This document shows, one piece after another, positions 1 through 8,320 of a stretch of DNA of 64,000 nt. A program made the position numbers and the translations under genes. Source of the stretch: an uncultured Gammaproteobacteria bacterium (GTDB lineage Bacteria > Patescibacteriota > Patescibacteriia > Patescibacteriales > GWC2-42-12); the NCBI GenBank assembly GCA_964431805.1, contig CAYSKV010000004.1, positions 12,201 through 76,200 on the forward strand, in the 5' to 3' direction. Position 1 is the stretch's first letter. Each line of letters begins with the position of its first letter. The notes beneath the pieces were generated by a model. The model was not told the origin of the DNA. It ran no database searches and was given only the letters and a program-made list of their open reading frames with translations.

Positions 1-240
1 ATTTTCGTAATATATAATTACAAGTATGATGGTACAGGCATTGATTTGCCGGGTTATTTTTCTTTATATATAATTTTTATTGCGCCATTTTTATTTTTTA
101 TTCCATACAAATTGGCCAGTATAGAAAATATAGAGACAAAATTTTATTTTATTTTTTTTGGTCTTATACTGCCTTATTTGATGATTTATTTCCTTATTTA
201 TTTAGAATTTAGAAAAAATTTTAATCCTACTATTCTGTAG
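1..240 (+). CDS. C-terminal fragment of a hydrophobic membrane protein, truncated by the window edge
   Basis: Frame 1 is open from nt 1 to the TAG at 238-240. The product is Phe/Ile/Leu/Tyr-rich with TM-like stretches. No family recognised. Confidence 0.3.
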   Translation: MFVIYNYKYDGTGIDLPGYFSLYIIFIAPFLFFIPYKLASIENIETKFYFIFFGLILPYLMIYFLIYLEFRKNFNPTIL

Positions 241-251
241 TAATTTTGAGC

Positions 252-284
252 CAATACTTTTATATTTAAAGTATTGCTTTTATT
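252..284 (+). terminator. Rho-independent terminator candidate
   Basis: 9-bp stem CAATACTTT / AAAGTATTG with a 7-nt loop, followed by CTTTTATT. Confidence 0.55.
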
Positions 285-305
285 ATAGTATTTAATATCC
301 TATTT

Positions 306-334
306 TTGACTCCCAAACTCATATTTGCTATTAT
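306..334 (+). promoter_or_regulatory. sigma70-type promoter candidate
   Basis: TTGACT (306-311), 17-nt spacer, TATTAT (329-334); lies upstream of ATG 366. Confidence 0.5.
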
Positions 335-365
335 TAAATAATAATTAACTAATAACTAACTATTT

Positions 366-1340
366 ATGAATTTTAGAAACATTTTTAAGAAAGTTAAACC
401 CGTTACTAACGGCGGTAAAAAAATTGTCATAATAATCAGCGCGGTTTTAATTTTGCTTATAGTAATTGCTGCTGGTTTAGTCTTTTATTTAAAAAATGCT
501 AAAAAGGTTTTAAAGCCGGAAGAGGCTATGGTTGTGGCAGAAAAATTTATCAATGAAAATTTAGTATCGCCCAGCAATAAAGCTACGATTAAAAGCGCGG
601 TTTTAGAGGGTGATGTTTATAGTATTGTTTTAACCGTAGGTGGTAAAGATTATACTTCCTATATGACTAAAGATGGAGCCAAATTTTTTGAATCAGGAAT
701 TGATATGGCGAAATTTGCTGCAGAAAATAAAGCGCAACAAACTGCTTCAACTAATACCGCGCAACCTACTAATGTGCCGAAAAGTGATAAGCCAAAAGTA
801 GAATTGTTCGTTATGACCGAATGCCCTTATGGATTGCAAGCGGAAAAAGGCATTTTGCCGGCTTTCGCGGCGTTAGGCAATAAAATTGACGCCTCAATCA
901 AGTTTGTTCATTATTTTATGCATGGCGATAAAGAAGAAAAAGAAACTTATAATCAAGTTTGTATCAGAGATGAGCAACCTGCAAAATATGATAGTTATTT
1001 AAATTGCTATGTTATACAAGGCGATAATGCAAAATGCGTCGCGCAGGCTGGAATTGATAAAGCGAAAATGGACAGTTGCGTCGCCTCTAAAGCTAAAGAT
1101 ATTTATAAAGCGGATTCAGCTTTAAGCAATCAATATGGCGTAGAAGGTAGTCCGACTTTAATAATTAATGGAGCTCAGTCTAGCGCGGGTAGAGATGCGG
1201 CTAGTTATTTGGCCGGTATTTGCGCGGCTTTTAATACTGCTCCGGCAGAATGTTCAAATAAATTATCTAGTACGGCTCCGGCTGCTGGTTTTGGCGCCGG
1301 CGATGATGCTTCGGGCGGTGCAGCGGCTAGTTGCAATTAA
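366..1340 (+). CDS. Membrane-anchored thioredoxin-fold (DsbA-like) protein
   Basis: N-terminal TM helix (VIIISAVLILLIVIAAGLVFYL). The C-terminal half has DsbA/thioredoxin-like strings (VELFVMTECPYG, YGVEGSPTLIINGA). The active-site position reads CPYG, not CxxC. Confidence 0.55.
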   Translation: MNFRNIFKKVKPVTNGGKKIVIIISAVLILLIVIAAGLVFYLKNAKKVLKPEEAMVVAEKFINENLVSPSNKATIKSAVLEGDVYSIVLTVGGKDYTSYMTKDGAKFFESGIDMAKFAAENKAQQTASTNTAQPTNVPKSDKPKVELFVMTECPYGLQAEKGILPAFAALGNKIDASIKFVHYFMHGDKEEKETYNQVCIRDEQPAKYDSYLNCYVIQGDNAKCVAQAGIDKAKMDSCVASKAKDIYKADSALSNQYGVEGSPTLIINGAQSSAGRDAASYLAGICAAFNTAPAECSNKLSSTAPAAGFGAGDDASGGAAASCN

Positions 1341-1360
1341 TAGAATAATACAATTTTGTA

Positions 1361-1388
1361 AAAAGGGCGTTTAATACGCCCTTTTTTG
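1361..1388 (+). terminator. Rho-independent terminator
   Basis: GGGCGT-TTAAT-ACGCCC hairpin (1365-1381) followed by TTTTTT. Confidence 0.8.
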
Positions 1389-1398
1389 TTTCATAAAG

Positions 1399-1872
1399 AT
1401 GAGTTATAATAAAGTTATGTCAGCTATAGAAAAAAATTATACTATAAAAATTTTTATTTTGTTTTTAACAACTTGCATTAGTATTTTTGTTATTTGGTAT
1501 GCTTTAATGCGTCATGAAAGCGTTGATTGGTTAAGTTCGCAAATCGCTCATCAAATTTCACCTTATTTTATGGTTGAAACTGAGAATGGTTTTACTGTAC
1601 ACAATATGTTATTCGGTTATAATTTTAATTTGCCAGAAAATTTTAAAACAAATGGTTCAAAAAATTTGGTTTTATTTATTGATGAGGCTGATCAGAAAAA
1701 ATGTGAGATTAAACATTTTTTAATTAAAGCTAATAGTCTAGAGGTTAGCGAAACAAGATTAATTGTTCCGATGCGTCAGCAAGAATTAGTTTTTGAATTG
1801 GTAAATAAAGCCGAAAAAGATGCTTGCGCTAAATATTTAGAGGAGATAAAGAAAAGCGTGGTTAGTAATTAG
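1399..1872 (+). CDS. Hypothetical membrane-anchored protein
   Basis: 157-aa ORF with one N-terminal TM segment (IKIFILFLTTCISIFVIWYAL). No recognisable family. Confidence 0.5.
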   Translation: MSYNKVMSAIEKNYTIKIFILFLTTCISIFVIWYALMRHESVDWLSSQIAHQISPYFMVETENGFTVHNMLFGYNFNLPENFKTNGSKNLVLFIDEADQKKCEIKHFLIKANSLEVSETRLIVPMRQQELVFELVNKAEKDACAKYLEEIKKSVVSN

Positions 1873-1875
1873 GGC

Positions 1876-1903
1876 TTGCAATTTTCCTTAAATAATGTAT
1901 AAT
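1876..1903 (+). promoter_or_regulatory. sigma70-type promoter for the rpsA leader
   Basis: TTGCAA (1876-1881), 16-nt spacer, TATAAT (1898-1903). Confidence 0.6.
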
Positions 1904-1920
1904 ATATACATCAATTAAAT

Positions 1921-1997
1921 ACTCACCTTTTTATTAATCTCTTGGTTTAGGTGGCCAGGAGGCTTCTCTGTAAAGAGAGGTTATGAGTGTTTTTTTA
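1921..1997 (+). promoter_or_regulatory. Structured 5' leader segment of rpsA: two hairpins followed by a U-run
   Basis: Hairpin 1 is CTCTTGG (1939-1945) / CCAGGAG (1955-1961). Hairpin 2 is CTTCTCT (1963-1969) / AGAGAGG (1974-1980) with a GTAA (GNRA) loop. ACTCA (1921-1925) / TGAGT (1984-1988) closes them, then T-run 1990-1997. Confidence 0.45.
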
Positions 1998-2006
1998 TTT
2001 TATTTA

Positions 2007-2085
2007 CCCCGTTAGAAATTTCAACGAAAAAACTTAATTGGGTAATTATAAATAAAAGCAAATATTATGCAAATTTCTAACGGGG
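2007..2085 (+). promoter_or_regulatory. 15-bp perfect inverted repeat enclosing the rpsA start codon
   Basis: CCCCGTTAGAAATTT (2007-2021) is the exact reverse complement of AAATTTCTAACGGGG (2071-2085). ATG 2067 lies in the loop, 1 nt before the right arm. Confidence 0.6.
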
Positions 2086-3371
2086 CGAGCGAAGAAACTA
2101 AGAATAATGGCGCTAACATGCAGTTTGATCAAGCCAGCGATCAAGAATTTCAAAAATTGTTAGACGCGGAAAATGCTAAAATTCCTCAAGTCGGGGATAT
2201 TATAAAAGGTACGGTTTTGTCAGCTTCAAAAGCTGAAGTTAAACTTGATATTGATGGTATTGCTACCGGCGTGGTGCGCGGTCGCGAGCTTTATTTTGAA
2301 GCCGAAGAATATGCCAATTTAAAACCGGGCGATGAAGTTGAAGCTACTATAGTTGAGGAGGAAAATGAAAATGGAGATTTAGAGCTATCATTTAGAAGCG
2401 CCGGTCAACAAAAGGCTTGGAGCGCTTTGTTTGATGCTTATGAAAATAGAAAAATATTAAAATTCAGAGTTAACGACGCCAATAAGGGCGGCTTATTAGT
2501 AAGCTATGGCCAAATTCAAGGGTTTTTACCGGTTTCGCAGTTAGCGCCGGAAAACTATCCGCGAGTTAACGGTGGCGATAAGGGCAGAATTTTAGACAAA
2601 TTAAAATCTTTTGTCGGTACTGATTTTGAAGTTAAGATTATGACTTTAGATGAAAAGGATGAAAAATTGGTTGTTAGCGAAAAAGAGGCTTGGCAAGAAA
2701 AGCAAAAAGACATAATTTCAAAATATAAAGTTGGTAGCGTAGTCGAAGGTTCAATTACGGCTTTGACTGATTTTGGAATTTTTGTGAGCTTTGGTGAAAA
2801 TTTAGAAGGCTTAATCCATATTTCAGAATTAGCCTGGCAGCGCATTGATAATCCATCTGACTTATTTAAAGTTGGAGATACAATAAAAGCTGAAATAATT
2901 TCCATTGAAGGTTCAAAAATATTTTTGTCAGCTAAAAAACTTTTAACCGATCCTTGGCATGATGTAGAAAAGAAATATAAGGTCGGTCAAGTAGTTTCAG
3001 GCACTATTCTTAAAGTTAATCCTTTCGGTTTGTTTGTTGAGTTAGATGCAGACATACATGGTTTAGCCCATGTTAGTCAGATCGGATTAGCGGCAGGACA
3101 AAAAATTAGCGATACTTTTCACTCTGGAGAAAAAAGAGATTTCACTGTTGTTTCCATTGAGCCAAAAGATCATCGTTTAGGTTTATCTGTATCTGTTGAT
3201 GGTGAAAAGCCAGCTGCTAAAAGCAAAAAGAAAGAAGATAAAGACGATGAAGAAAAGAAAATAAAATCTAAAAAGGCCAAGAAAGAGAAAGATAGCGAAA
3301 AGGAAGAACCCTCCTCTGCTAAAGCTACGGAGGACAAGAAAAAAGAAAAGCCAGCTAAAAAGAAAAAATAA
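2067..3371 (+). CDS. rpsA: 30S ribosomal protein S1 (four S1/OB repeats) with a Lys/Glu-rich C-terminal tail
   Basis: Repeated S1-domain strings (GDIIKGTV, GGLLVSYGQIQGFLPVSQL, GSVVEGSITALTDFGIFVSF, GQVVSGTILKVNPFGLFVEL). The last ~55 aa are a K/E/D low-complexity tail. Confidence 0.9.
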   Translation: MQISNGASEETKNNGANMQFDQASDQEFQKLLDAENAKIPQVGDIIKGTVLSASKAEVKLDIDGIATGVVRGRELYFEAEEYANLKPGDEVEATIVEEENENGDLELSFRSAGQQKAWSALFDAYENRKILKFRVNDANKGGLLVSYGQIQGFLPVSQLAPENYPRVNGGDKGRILDKLKSFVGTDFEVKIMTLDEKDEKLVVSEKEAWQEKQKDIISKYKVGSVVEGSITALTDFGIFVSFGENLEGLIHISELAWQRIDNPSDLFKVGDTIKAEIISIEGSKIFLSAKKLLTDPWHDVEKKYKVGQVVSGTILKVNPFGLFVELDADIHGLAHVSQIGLAAGQKISDTFHSGEKRDFTVVSIEPKDHRLGLSVSVDGEKPAAKSKKKEDKDDEEKKIKSKKAKKEKDSEKEEPSSAKATEDKKKEKPAKKKK

Positions 3372-3393
3372 AAGTAAATTCAGATAAGATAAA

Positions 3394-3424
3394 AAACGCT
3401 CCTAAAAACTAGGAGCGTTTTTAT
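3394..3424 (+). terminator. Rho-independent terminator
   Basis: AACGCTCCT-AAAAACT-AGGAGCGTT hairpin followed by TTTTT. Confidence 0.85.
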
Positions 3425-3452
3425 TGCAAATATGCAAAGAAATGTTATAATG
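3425..3452 (+). promoter_or_regulatory. sigma70-type promoter for glyQS
   Basis: TTGCAA (3425-3430), 16-nt spacer, TATAAT (3447-3452). Confidence 0.6.
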
Positions 3453-3487
3453 AATTAAGCAAATTAAAGCCTAATTTTTATAAAAAT

Positions 3488-4894
3488 ATGAGTAATAAAA
3501 AGGATAATGCAGTCTTAGAAAAAATCGTTTCTTTATGTAAAAGGCGTGGTTTTGTGTATCCGTCTTCAGAAATTTATGGCGGCTTAGCCGCGATTTATGA
3601 CTATGGACATTATGGCACATTGTTAAAGAATAATATTCGCGATTCTTGGTGGAAAAGCATGATTCAGATGCGAGACGATGTCGTCGGTCTTGATAGCGCG
3701 ATTTTTATGCATCCAAAAACCTGGGTTGCCTCCGGACACGTTGGCGGTTTTAACGATCCGCAAATTGATTGCAAAGTTTGTAAAAATAGATTTAGAGCCG
3801 ATCATTTATTAAAAAGTTATGGCATTGAAGCTGATAAAGCTACCCTAGAAGAGATTAACAATCATCTAAATGAACTTCGCGCAAAAAAGAAATTAAAATG
3901 CCCTAACTGCGGTTCGACTAATTTAACGGACGCAAAAGTTTTTTCGTTAATGGTAAAATCAAATATCGGTTCTCCGACGGATGAGCTTAAAGAAGAAAAT
4001 GTTGTTTATTTAAGACCGGAAACTTGCGGCGGCATTTATTTAGAATATAAAAATACGGTTGATTCTTTGCATAAGAAATTACCTTTTGGTATCGCGCAAG
4101 TTGGTAAAGCTTTTAGAAATGAAATTGTGGCTAGGCAATTTATTTTTAGAACTCGCGAATTTGAACAAATGGAAATGCAATATTTTCTTCATCCGAGCAT
4201 GATGAAAGAAAAATATGATATGTGGAAAGAAATAAGATGGAATTGGTATTTAGCTAATGGCATACCGGCGGATAAAATAAAATGGTATAAACATGAAAAG
4301 TTGGCTCATTATGCCTCCGAAGCTTATGATATTTTATATGATTTTAAAATTTTTGGCGATTTTGATGAAGTGGAAGGAATTCATGCTCGAGGCAATTGGG
4401 ATTTAACTCAACATTCTAAATTTTCCGGCATAGAACTTAATTACACTGACGACAAAACCGGCGAAAAATTTATTCCGCATATTATGGAAACATCCGCCGG
4501 TCTTAATCGAATGCTTTTAATGTTCCTTGATTTCGCTTACTCAGAAGAAACGGTTAAAGACGAGACTAGAGTAGTAATGAAATTTCCTAAACATTTAGCG
4601 CCAATTAAAATCGCTGTTTTTCCTTTATTAAGAAATAAGCCGGAGTTGGTTAAAAAGGCTAAAGAATTATATTCAGAATTGGCAAAAAATTATATATGTG
4701 AGTTTGATGATAATGGCAATATCGGCAAGCGTTATCGCCGACAAGATGAAATTGGCACGCCATATTGCGTAACCGTTGACTTTGATACTTTAGAGGATAA
4801 TCAGGTCACAGTAAGAGACCGCGATACCATGGAACAAGCTAGAGTAAAGATATCTGAATTAGAAAATTTTTTTCAAGACAAGTTTTCTAAATGA
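3488..4894 (+). CDS. glyQS: Glycine--tRNA ligase (dimeric class II type)
   Basis: 468 aa. N-terminus KRRGFVYPSSEIYGG, LRPETCGGIYL, FRNEI..R.FIFRTREFEQMEMQYF, and a C-terminal anticodon-binding domain (KRYRRQDEIGTPYCVTVD). Confidence 0.93.
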   Translation: MSNKKDNAVLEKIVSLCKRRGFVYPSSEIYGGLAAIYDYGHYGTLLKNNIRDSWWKSMIQMRDDVVGLDSAIFMHPKTWVASGHVGGFNDPQIDCKVCKNRFRADHLLKSYGIEADKATLEEINNHLNELRAKKKLKCPNCGSTNLTDAKVFSLMVKSNIGSPTDELKEENVVYLRPETCGGIYLEYKNTVDSLHKKLPFGIAQVGKAFRNEIVARQFIFRTREFEQMEMQYFLHPSMMKEKYDMWKEIRWNWYLANGIPADKIKWYKHEKLAHYASEAYDILYDFKIFGDFDEVEGIHARGNWDLTQHSKFSGIELNYTDDKTGEKFIPHIMETSAGLNRMLLMFLDFAYSEETVKDETRVVMKFPKHLAPIKIAVFPLLRNKPELVKKAKELYSELAKNYICEFDDNGNIGKRYRRQDEIGTPYCVTVDFDTLEDNQVTVRDRDTMEQARVKISELENFFQDKFSK

Positions 4895-4923
4895 TTGCCA
4901 AAAATCAAAAAATGTAATATAAT
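4895..4923 (+). promoter_or_regulatory. sigma70-type promoter for ftsH
   Basis: TTGCCA (4895-4900), 17-nt spacer, TATAAT (4918-4923). Confidence 0.6.
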
Positions 4924-4957
4924 TTTATAATAATTAATAGTAAATTTACATAAATAA

Positions 4958-6787
4958 ATGAAAAATTTAATTAAAAACTTTTTAATATTTTTTACGGTAT
5001 TTTTGTTAATTGCCGCAATCTTTAGTTTTTTTGGCGGCACCGGACAAAAAACTGAACAAGTCGGAGTAGAAACTTTAATTGGGCAAATAAATAGCCAAAA
5101 CGTTAGTAAAATTGTTGTGGTGGGTAATGAAATAAGAGTAACTTTAAAAGATGGAAAAAGTGAAATAGTAAAAAAAGAAGCCGGTGATACTTTTTCGCAG
5201 ATTGTTAAAAATTATAACGTTGATCCAGCCCAATTAAGCGGCTTAACGGTTGAGGTTCAAGATAATCAGGGTATGGATTATTGGTTGGCGACAATTTTAC
5301 CATTTTTAATTCCGTTTCTCTTAATTAGTGTTTTTATTTATTTTATGATGCGTTCGGTTCAGGGCGCTAATTCTAAGGCTATGATGTTTGGTCAATCTCA
5401 GGCTAGAGAAACCGGTCGGGAATTTAAGGGTAAGGTAACTTTTAAAGATGTGGCCGGAGCTAAAGAGGCTAAAGAAGAATTATCAGAAGTAGTTGAATTT
5501 TTAAGAAATCCTTTAAAATTTTCTGATTTGGGAGCGCGCACACCGCGCGGAGTTTTGCTTTTAGGCAGTCCGGGTACGGGTAAAACATTATTAGCTCGAG
5601 CGGTTGCTGGCGAAGCTAGCGTGCCATTTTTTTCAATTTCCGGTTCCGAATTCGTTGAAATGTTTGTGGGCGTAGGCGCTTCGCGCGTTAGAGATTTATT
5701 TCGTAAAGCTAAAAAAAGCGCGCCTTGCATAATTTTTATTGATGAAATTGACGCGGTCGGTCGCCGACGCGGCGCAGGACTCGGCGGTTCTCACGATGAA
5801 CGCGAACAGACTTTAAATCAAATTTTAGTTGAAATGGATGGCTTTGATCCTAATACTAATGTTATAGTTATCGCGGCGACTAATCGCCCCGATGTTTTAG
5901 ATCCAGCCTTACTTCGACCAGGTCGTTTTGATCGCCGAGTTATTTTAGATGAACCAGATTTAGCCGATCGTGAAGCTATTTTAAAAGTTCATTCAAAGAA
6001 AAAACCATTAGGTAAGGACGTAAGCTTGAAGCGTGTTGCCGAAAGAACTCCTGGTTTTACCGGTGCTGATTTGGCTAATCTTTTAAATGAAGCCGCAATT
6101 TTAGCGGCCATGAAAAATAAAAAAATAATTGATTTAGAAGAAATTTTTTCTTCGATTGAAAAGGTAATGCTTGGTCCGGAAAGAAAATCAAGAATTTTAT
6201 CAGACAAAGAAAAAAAGATAACTGCTTATCATGAAGCTGGCCATGCTATTGTCGCGCATTTTCTACCGCATAGCGATCCAGTACAAAAAGTTTCTATTAT
6301 CGCTCGCGGCCAAGCCGGCGGTTATACTCTTAAAATACCTCTAGAAGATAAGCATATGTATTCTAAAACAGAGTATGTTGAAGAAATTGCTGTGCTACTT
6401 GCTGGTTATATTACTGAGCAGGAAATTTTTGGCGAAGTTACTACCGGCGCTACTTCTGATTTGCGCCGCGCTACTAATTTAGCTAGAAAATTAATTACTG
6501 ATTTTGGCATGAGTGAAAATTTGGGTCCGCGAACTTTTGGTGAAAAAGATGAGATGATCTTTTTAGGTAGAGAAATCCATGAACAGCGCGATTATAGTGA
6601 AAAAGTAGCTGAGCAAATTGATAAAGAAATATCTAATTTTATTGATAAGGCCGTGCATCAAGCCAAGGGTTTAATTAAATCCAAACATGAATTTTTAGAA
6701 AAAACCGTAGACGAACTTATGAAAAAAGAGACCTTAGAAAAAGAAGAATTTGAAAAGATTGTTGGCCCTAAACAAAAAGAAGAATAA
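4958..6787 (+). CDS. ftsH: ATP-dependent zinc metalloprotease FtsH
   Basis: Two N-terminal TM segments, Walker A GSPGTGKT, Walker [10 protein letters not shown], second region of homology [20 protein letters not shown], zinc motif HEAGHAIV. Confidence 0.97.
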   Translation: MKNLIKNFLIFFTVFLLIAAIFSFFGGTGQKTEQVGVETLIGQINSQNVSKIVVVGNEIRVTLKDGKSEIVKKEAGDTFSQIVKNYNVDPAQLSGLTVEVQDNQGMDYWLATILPFLIPFLLISVFIYFMMRSVQGANSKAMMFGQSQARETGREFKGKVTFKDVAGAKEAKEELSEVVEFLRNPLKFSDLGARTPRGVLLLGSPGTGKTLLARAVAGEASVPFFSISGSEFVEMFVGVGASRVRDLFRKAKKSAPCIIFIDEIDAVGRRRGAGLGGSHDEREQTLNQILVEMDGFDPNTNVIVIAATNRPDVLDPALLRPGRFDRRVILDEPDLADREAILKVHSKKKPLGKDVSLKRVAERTPGFTGADLANLLNEAAILAAMKNKKIIDLEEIFSSIEKVMLGPERKSRILSDKEKKITAYHEAGHAIVAHFLPHSDPVQKVSIIARGQAGGYTLKIPLEDKHMYSKTEYVEEIAVLLAGYITEQEIFGEVTTGATSDLRRATNLARKLITDFGMSENLGPRTFGEKDEMIFLGREIHEQRDYSEKVAEQIDKEISNFIDKAVHQAKGLIKSKHEFLEKTVDELMKKETLEKEEFEKIVGPKQKEE

Positions 6788-6798
6788 TTATACTTAAG

Positions 6799-6937
6799 AT
6801 GTCATTGCGAGCGTTAGCGAAGCAATCCCACGAACAGTTAATTAAAATAAATCTTCATCGCAGAAACAATCTATTATTTTAATAAATAGTACGTGAGATT
6901 GCCGCGTCGCCTGGTCACAGGCTCCTCGCAATGACAT
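6799..6937. repeat. Extragenic palindromic element (GTCATTGCGAG...GCAATC family), two inverted units
   Basis: ATGTCATTGCGAG (6799-6811) is the exact reverse complement of CTCGCAATGACAT (6925-6937). Inner GCAATCCCACG (6822-6832) matches the reverse complement of CGTGAGATTGC (6892-6902) with one mismatch. A ~57-nt AT-rich spacer separates the units. Confidence 0.75.
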
Positions 6938-7011
6938 GAGATATTTTTTGTGGTATAATATAAATATTAATAATTAAACCTCGCTCCATAAAGCGAATGA
7001 AGGGGGAATTT

Positions 7012-7995
7012 ATGCCATTTTATAGAAATATTTTAAAACAAGCTTGGGACTTAACTCGGCGTAATAAATATCTCTGGTGGTTTGGTATTTTTGCCGCTTT
7101 AATTGGTAATGGCGGTGAATTTGAAATTTTATTTAATAATACCGGCGGTGATCCGGCGCAAGCGCTATTTCCTGCTTGGCAAAGAGTCGCTTCAACTGGA
7201 GTTTTTAGCGGTCATACTTTAAATAATATTGGAGCTTTATTAAGGCAAGATACCTTAAATATGATTCTTGTTTTTTTGGCTTGTTTAATTGTTTTAATTG
7301 TTGTGGTGCTGTTAGTTTGGCTGGTTATAGTTTCGCAAGCCGCGGTCGTTAATAATTCAGCCGCGATTATTAAACAAAAAAAACATAATCTTAAAGATGG
7401 TTTTGATTCTGGAATTTTGAATTTTTGGCCGGTTTTAACTTTGAATATTATAATCAAAGCTATAATTTATATATTGTTAGTGGCAATTAGTTTACCGGCA
7501 ATTTTTTTCAGAGGAAGTTTTGTCGCCAACACTTTTTATATTATTGCCTTAGTGATTGTTGTACTACTAGCTATAATTTTATCTTTTATAATGAAATATG
7601 CCGTGGCTTACGTGGTAGTTAATAAAAGTAAAGTTTTGTCTGCCATTAAACGCGGCTTTAAACTTTTTCAAAGAAATTGGTTAATAAGTTTTGAGATGGC
7701 TGTTATTCTATTCGCTGTAAATTTATTGATCGGTTTAGGTATAGTTTTAGCGATTTTGACTTTAGCCGTGCCATTTGCATTTTTAGCTTTAATTTTTTAC
7801 TATGCTTTTTCCGCAATTGGTTTTTGGTTAATAGCTATTTTAGCTTTTACTAGCTTTTTGTTTATTATTGTTTTAATTGGAGCGGCTTTAGCGGTTTTTC
7901 AGATTTCTTCCTGGACCGGGTTATTTTTAGAACTTGATAAAAAGAGTGGTTCCAGTAAATTAGTTAGAATGGTAAATAACATGGTAAAGGCGTAA
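7012..7995 (+). CDS. Polytopic integral membrane protein, function unknown
   Basis: About 6 or more TM segments. ATG 7012 is preferred over ATG 6997 because AAGGGGGA lies 4-12 nt upstream of it. No catalytic motif recognised. Confidence 0.6.
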   Translation: MPFYRNILKQAWDLTRRNKYLWWFGIFAALIGNGGEFEILFNNTGGDPAQALFPAWQRVASTGVFSGHTLNNIGALLRQDTLNMILVFLACLIVLIVVVLLVWLVIVSQAAVVNNSAAIIKQKKHNLKDGFDSGILNFWPVLTLNIIIKAIIYILLVAISLPAIFFRGSFVANTFYIIALVIVVLLAIILSFIMKYAVAYVVVNKSKVLSAIKRGFKLFQRNWLISFEMAVILFAVNLLIGLGIVLAILTLAVPFAFLALIFYYAFSAIGFWLIAILAFTSFLFIIVLIGAALAVFQISSWTGLFLELDKKSGSSKLVRMVNNMVKA

Positions 7996-8023
7996 AAAAC
8001 TTAAAATTATTTTTAGATAAAAA

Positions 8024-8051
8024 AGAGTATGACAGTAGTCATGCTCTTTTT
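8024..8051 (+). terminator. Rho-independent terminator
   Basis: AGAGTATGAC-AGTA-GTCATGCTCT (10-bp stem, one G.U pair) followed by TTTTT. Confidence 0.8.
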
Positions 8052-8080
8052 AAATTTAAATTTTCTAGGCTCGCCTTAAA

Positions 8081-8236
8081 ATATAATTTAAAATCACCAA
8101 AGGGGTTCGGGGAGTGGAGTTGGCGACAAGGCTTATAGAGATTAGATAAATCAATGTTCTAGCCAATCGGAACTCCCCGAGATTTTTTGCTTACTTTTTA
8201 GTCATAAAAAGTAAGTCCTAGCGAAGCGACACGGAT
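8081..8236 (+). ncRNA. Candidate structured RNA / repeat element, copy A (homolog of 27971-28136 on the minus strand)
   Basis: CGGGGAGT (8108-8115) pairs with ACTCCCCG (8172-8179). TTGGC (8120-8124) pairs with GCCAA (8162-8166). The 3' hairpin is CTTACTTTTT (8190-8199) / AAAAAGTAAG (8206-8215). Copy B keeps the same architecture with compensatory changes. Confidence 0.5.
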
Positions 8237-8320
8237 GTTAAATTCAGAAAAAAGTATACTATAACATTTGAATTCTTATGAATTGCTTATTTGTTAAATT
8301 TATGTAAAAATAAGAGTATT

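Noticed and set aside
1168-1374. 68-aa alternative-frame ORF overlapping the 3' end of 366-1340
   Set aside because: It shares a strand with, and overlaps, a better-supported gene. It also runs through the terminator hairpin at 1365-1381.
2555-2905. 116-aa antisense ORF inside rpsA
   Set aside because: It lies entirely within, and opposite to, a confidently identified S1 gene. The product is low-complexity Ser/Phe/Lys-rich, typical of antisense frames in AT-rich DNA.
5398-6207. Antisense ORFs (110 aa and 72 aa) inside ftsH
   Set aside because: They lie opposite a highly conserved gene and have no motifs or start context.
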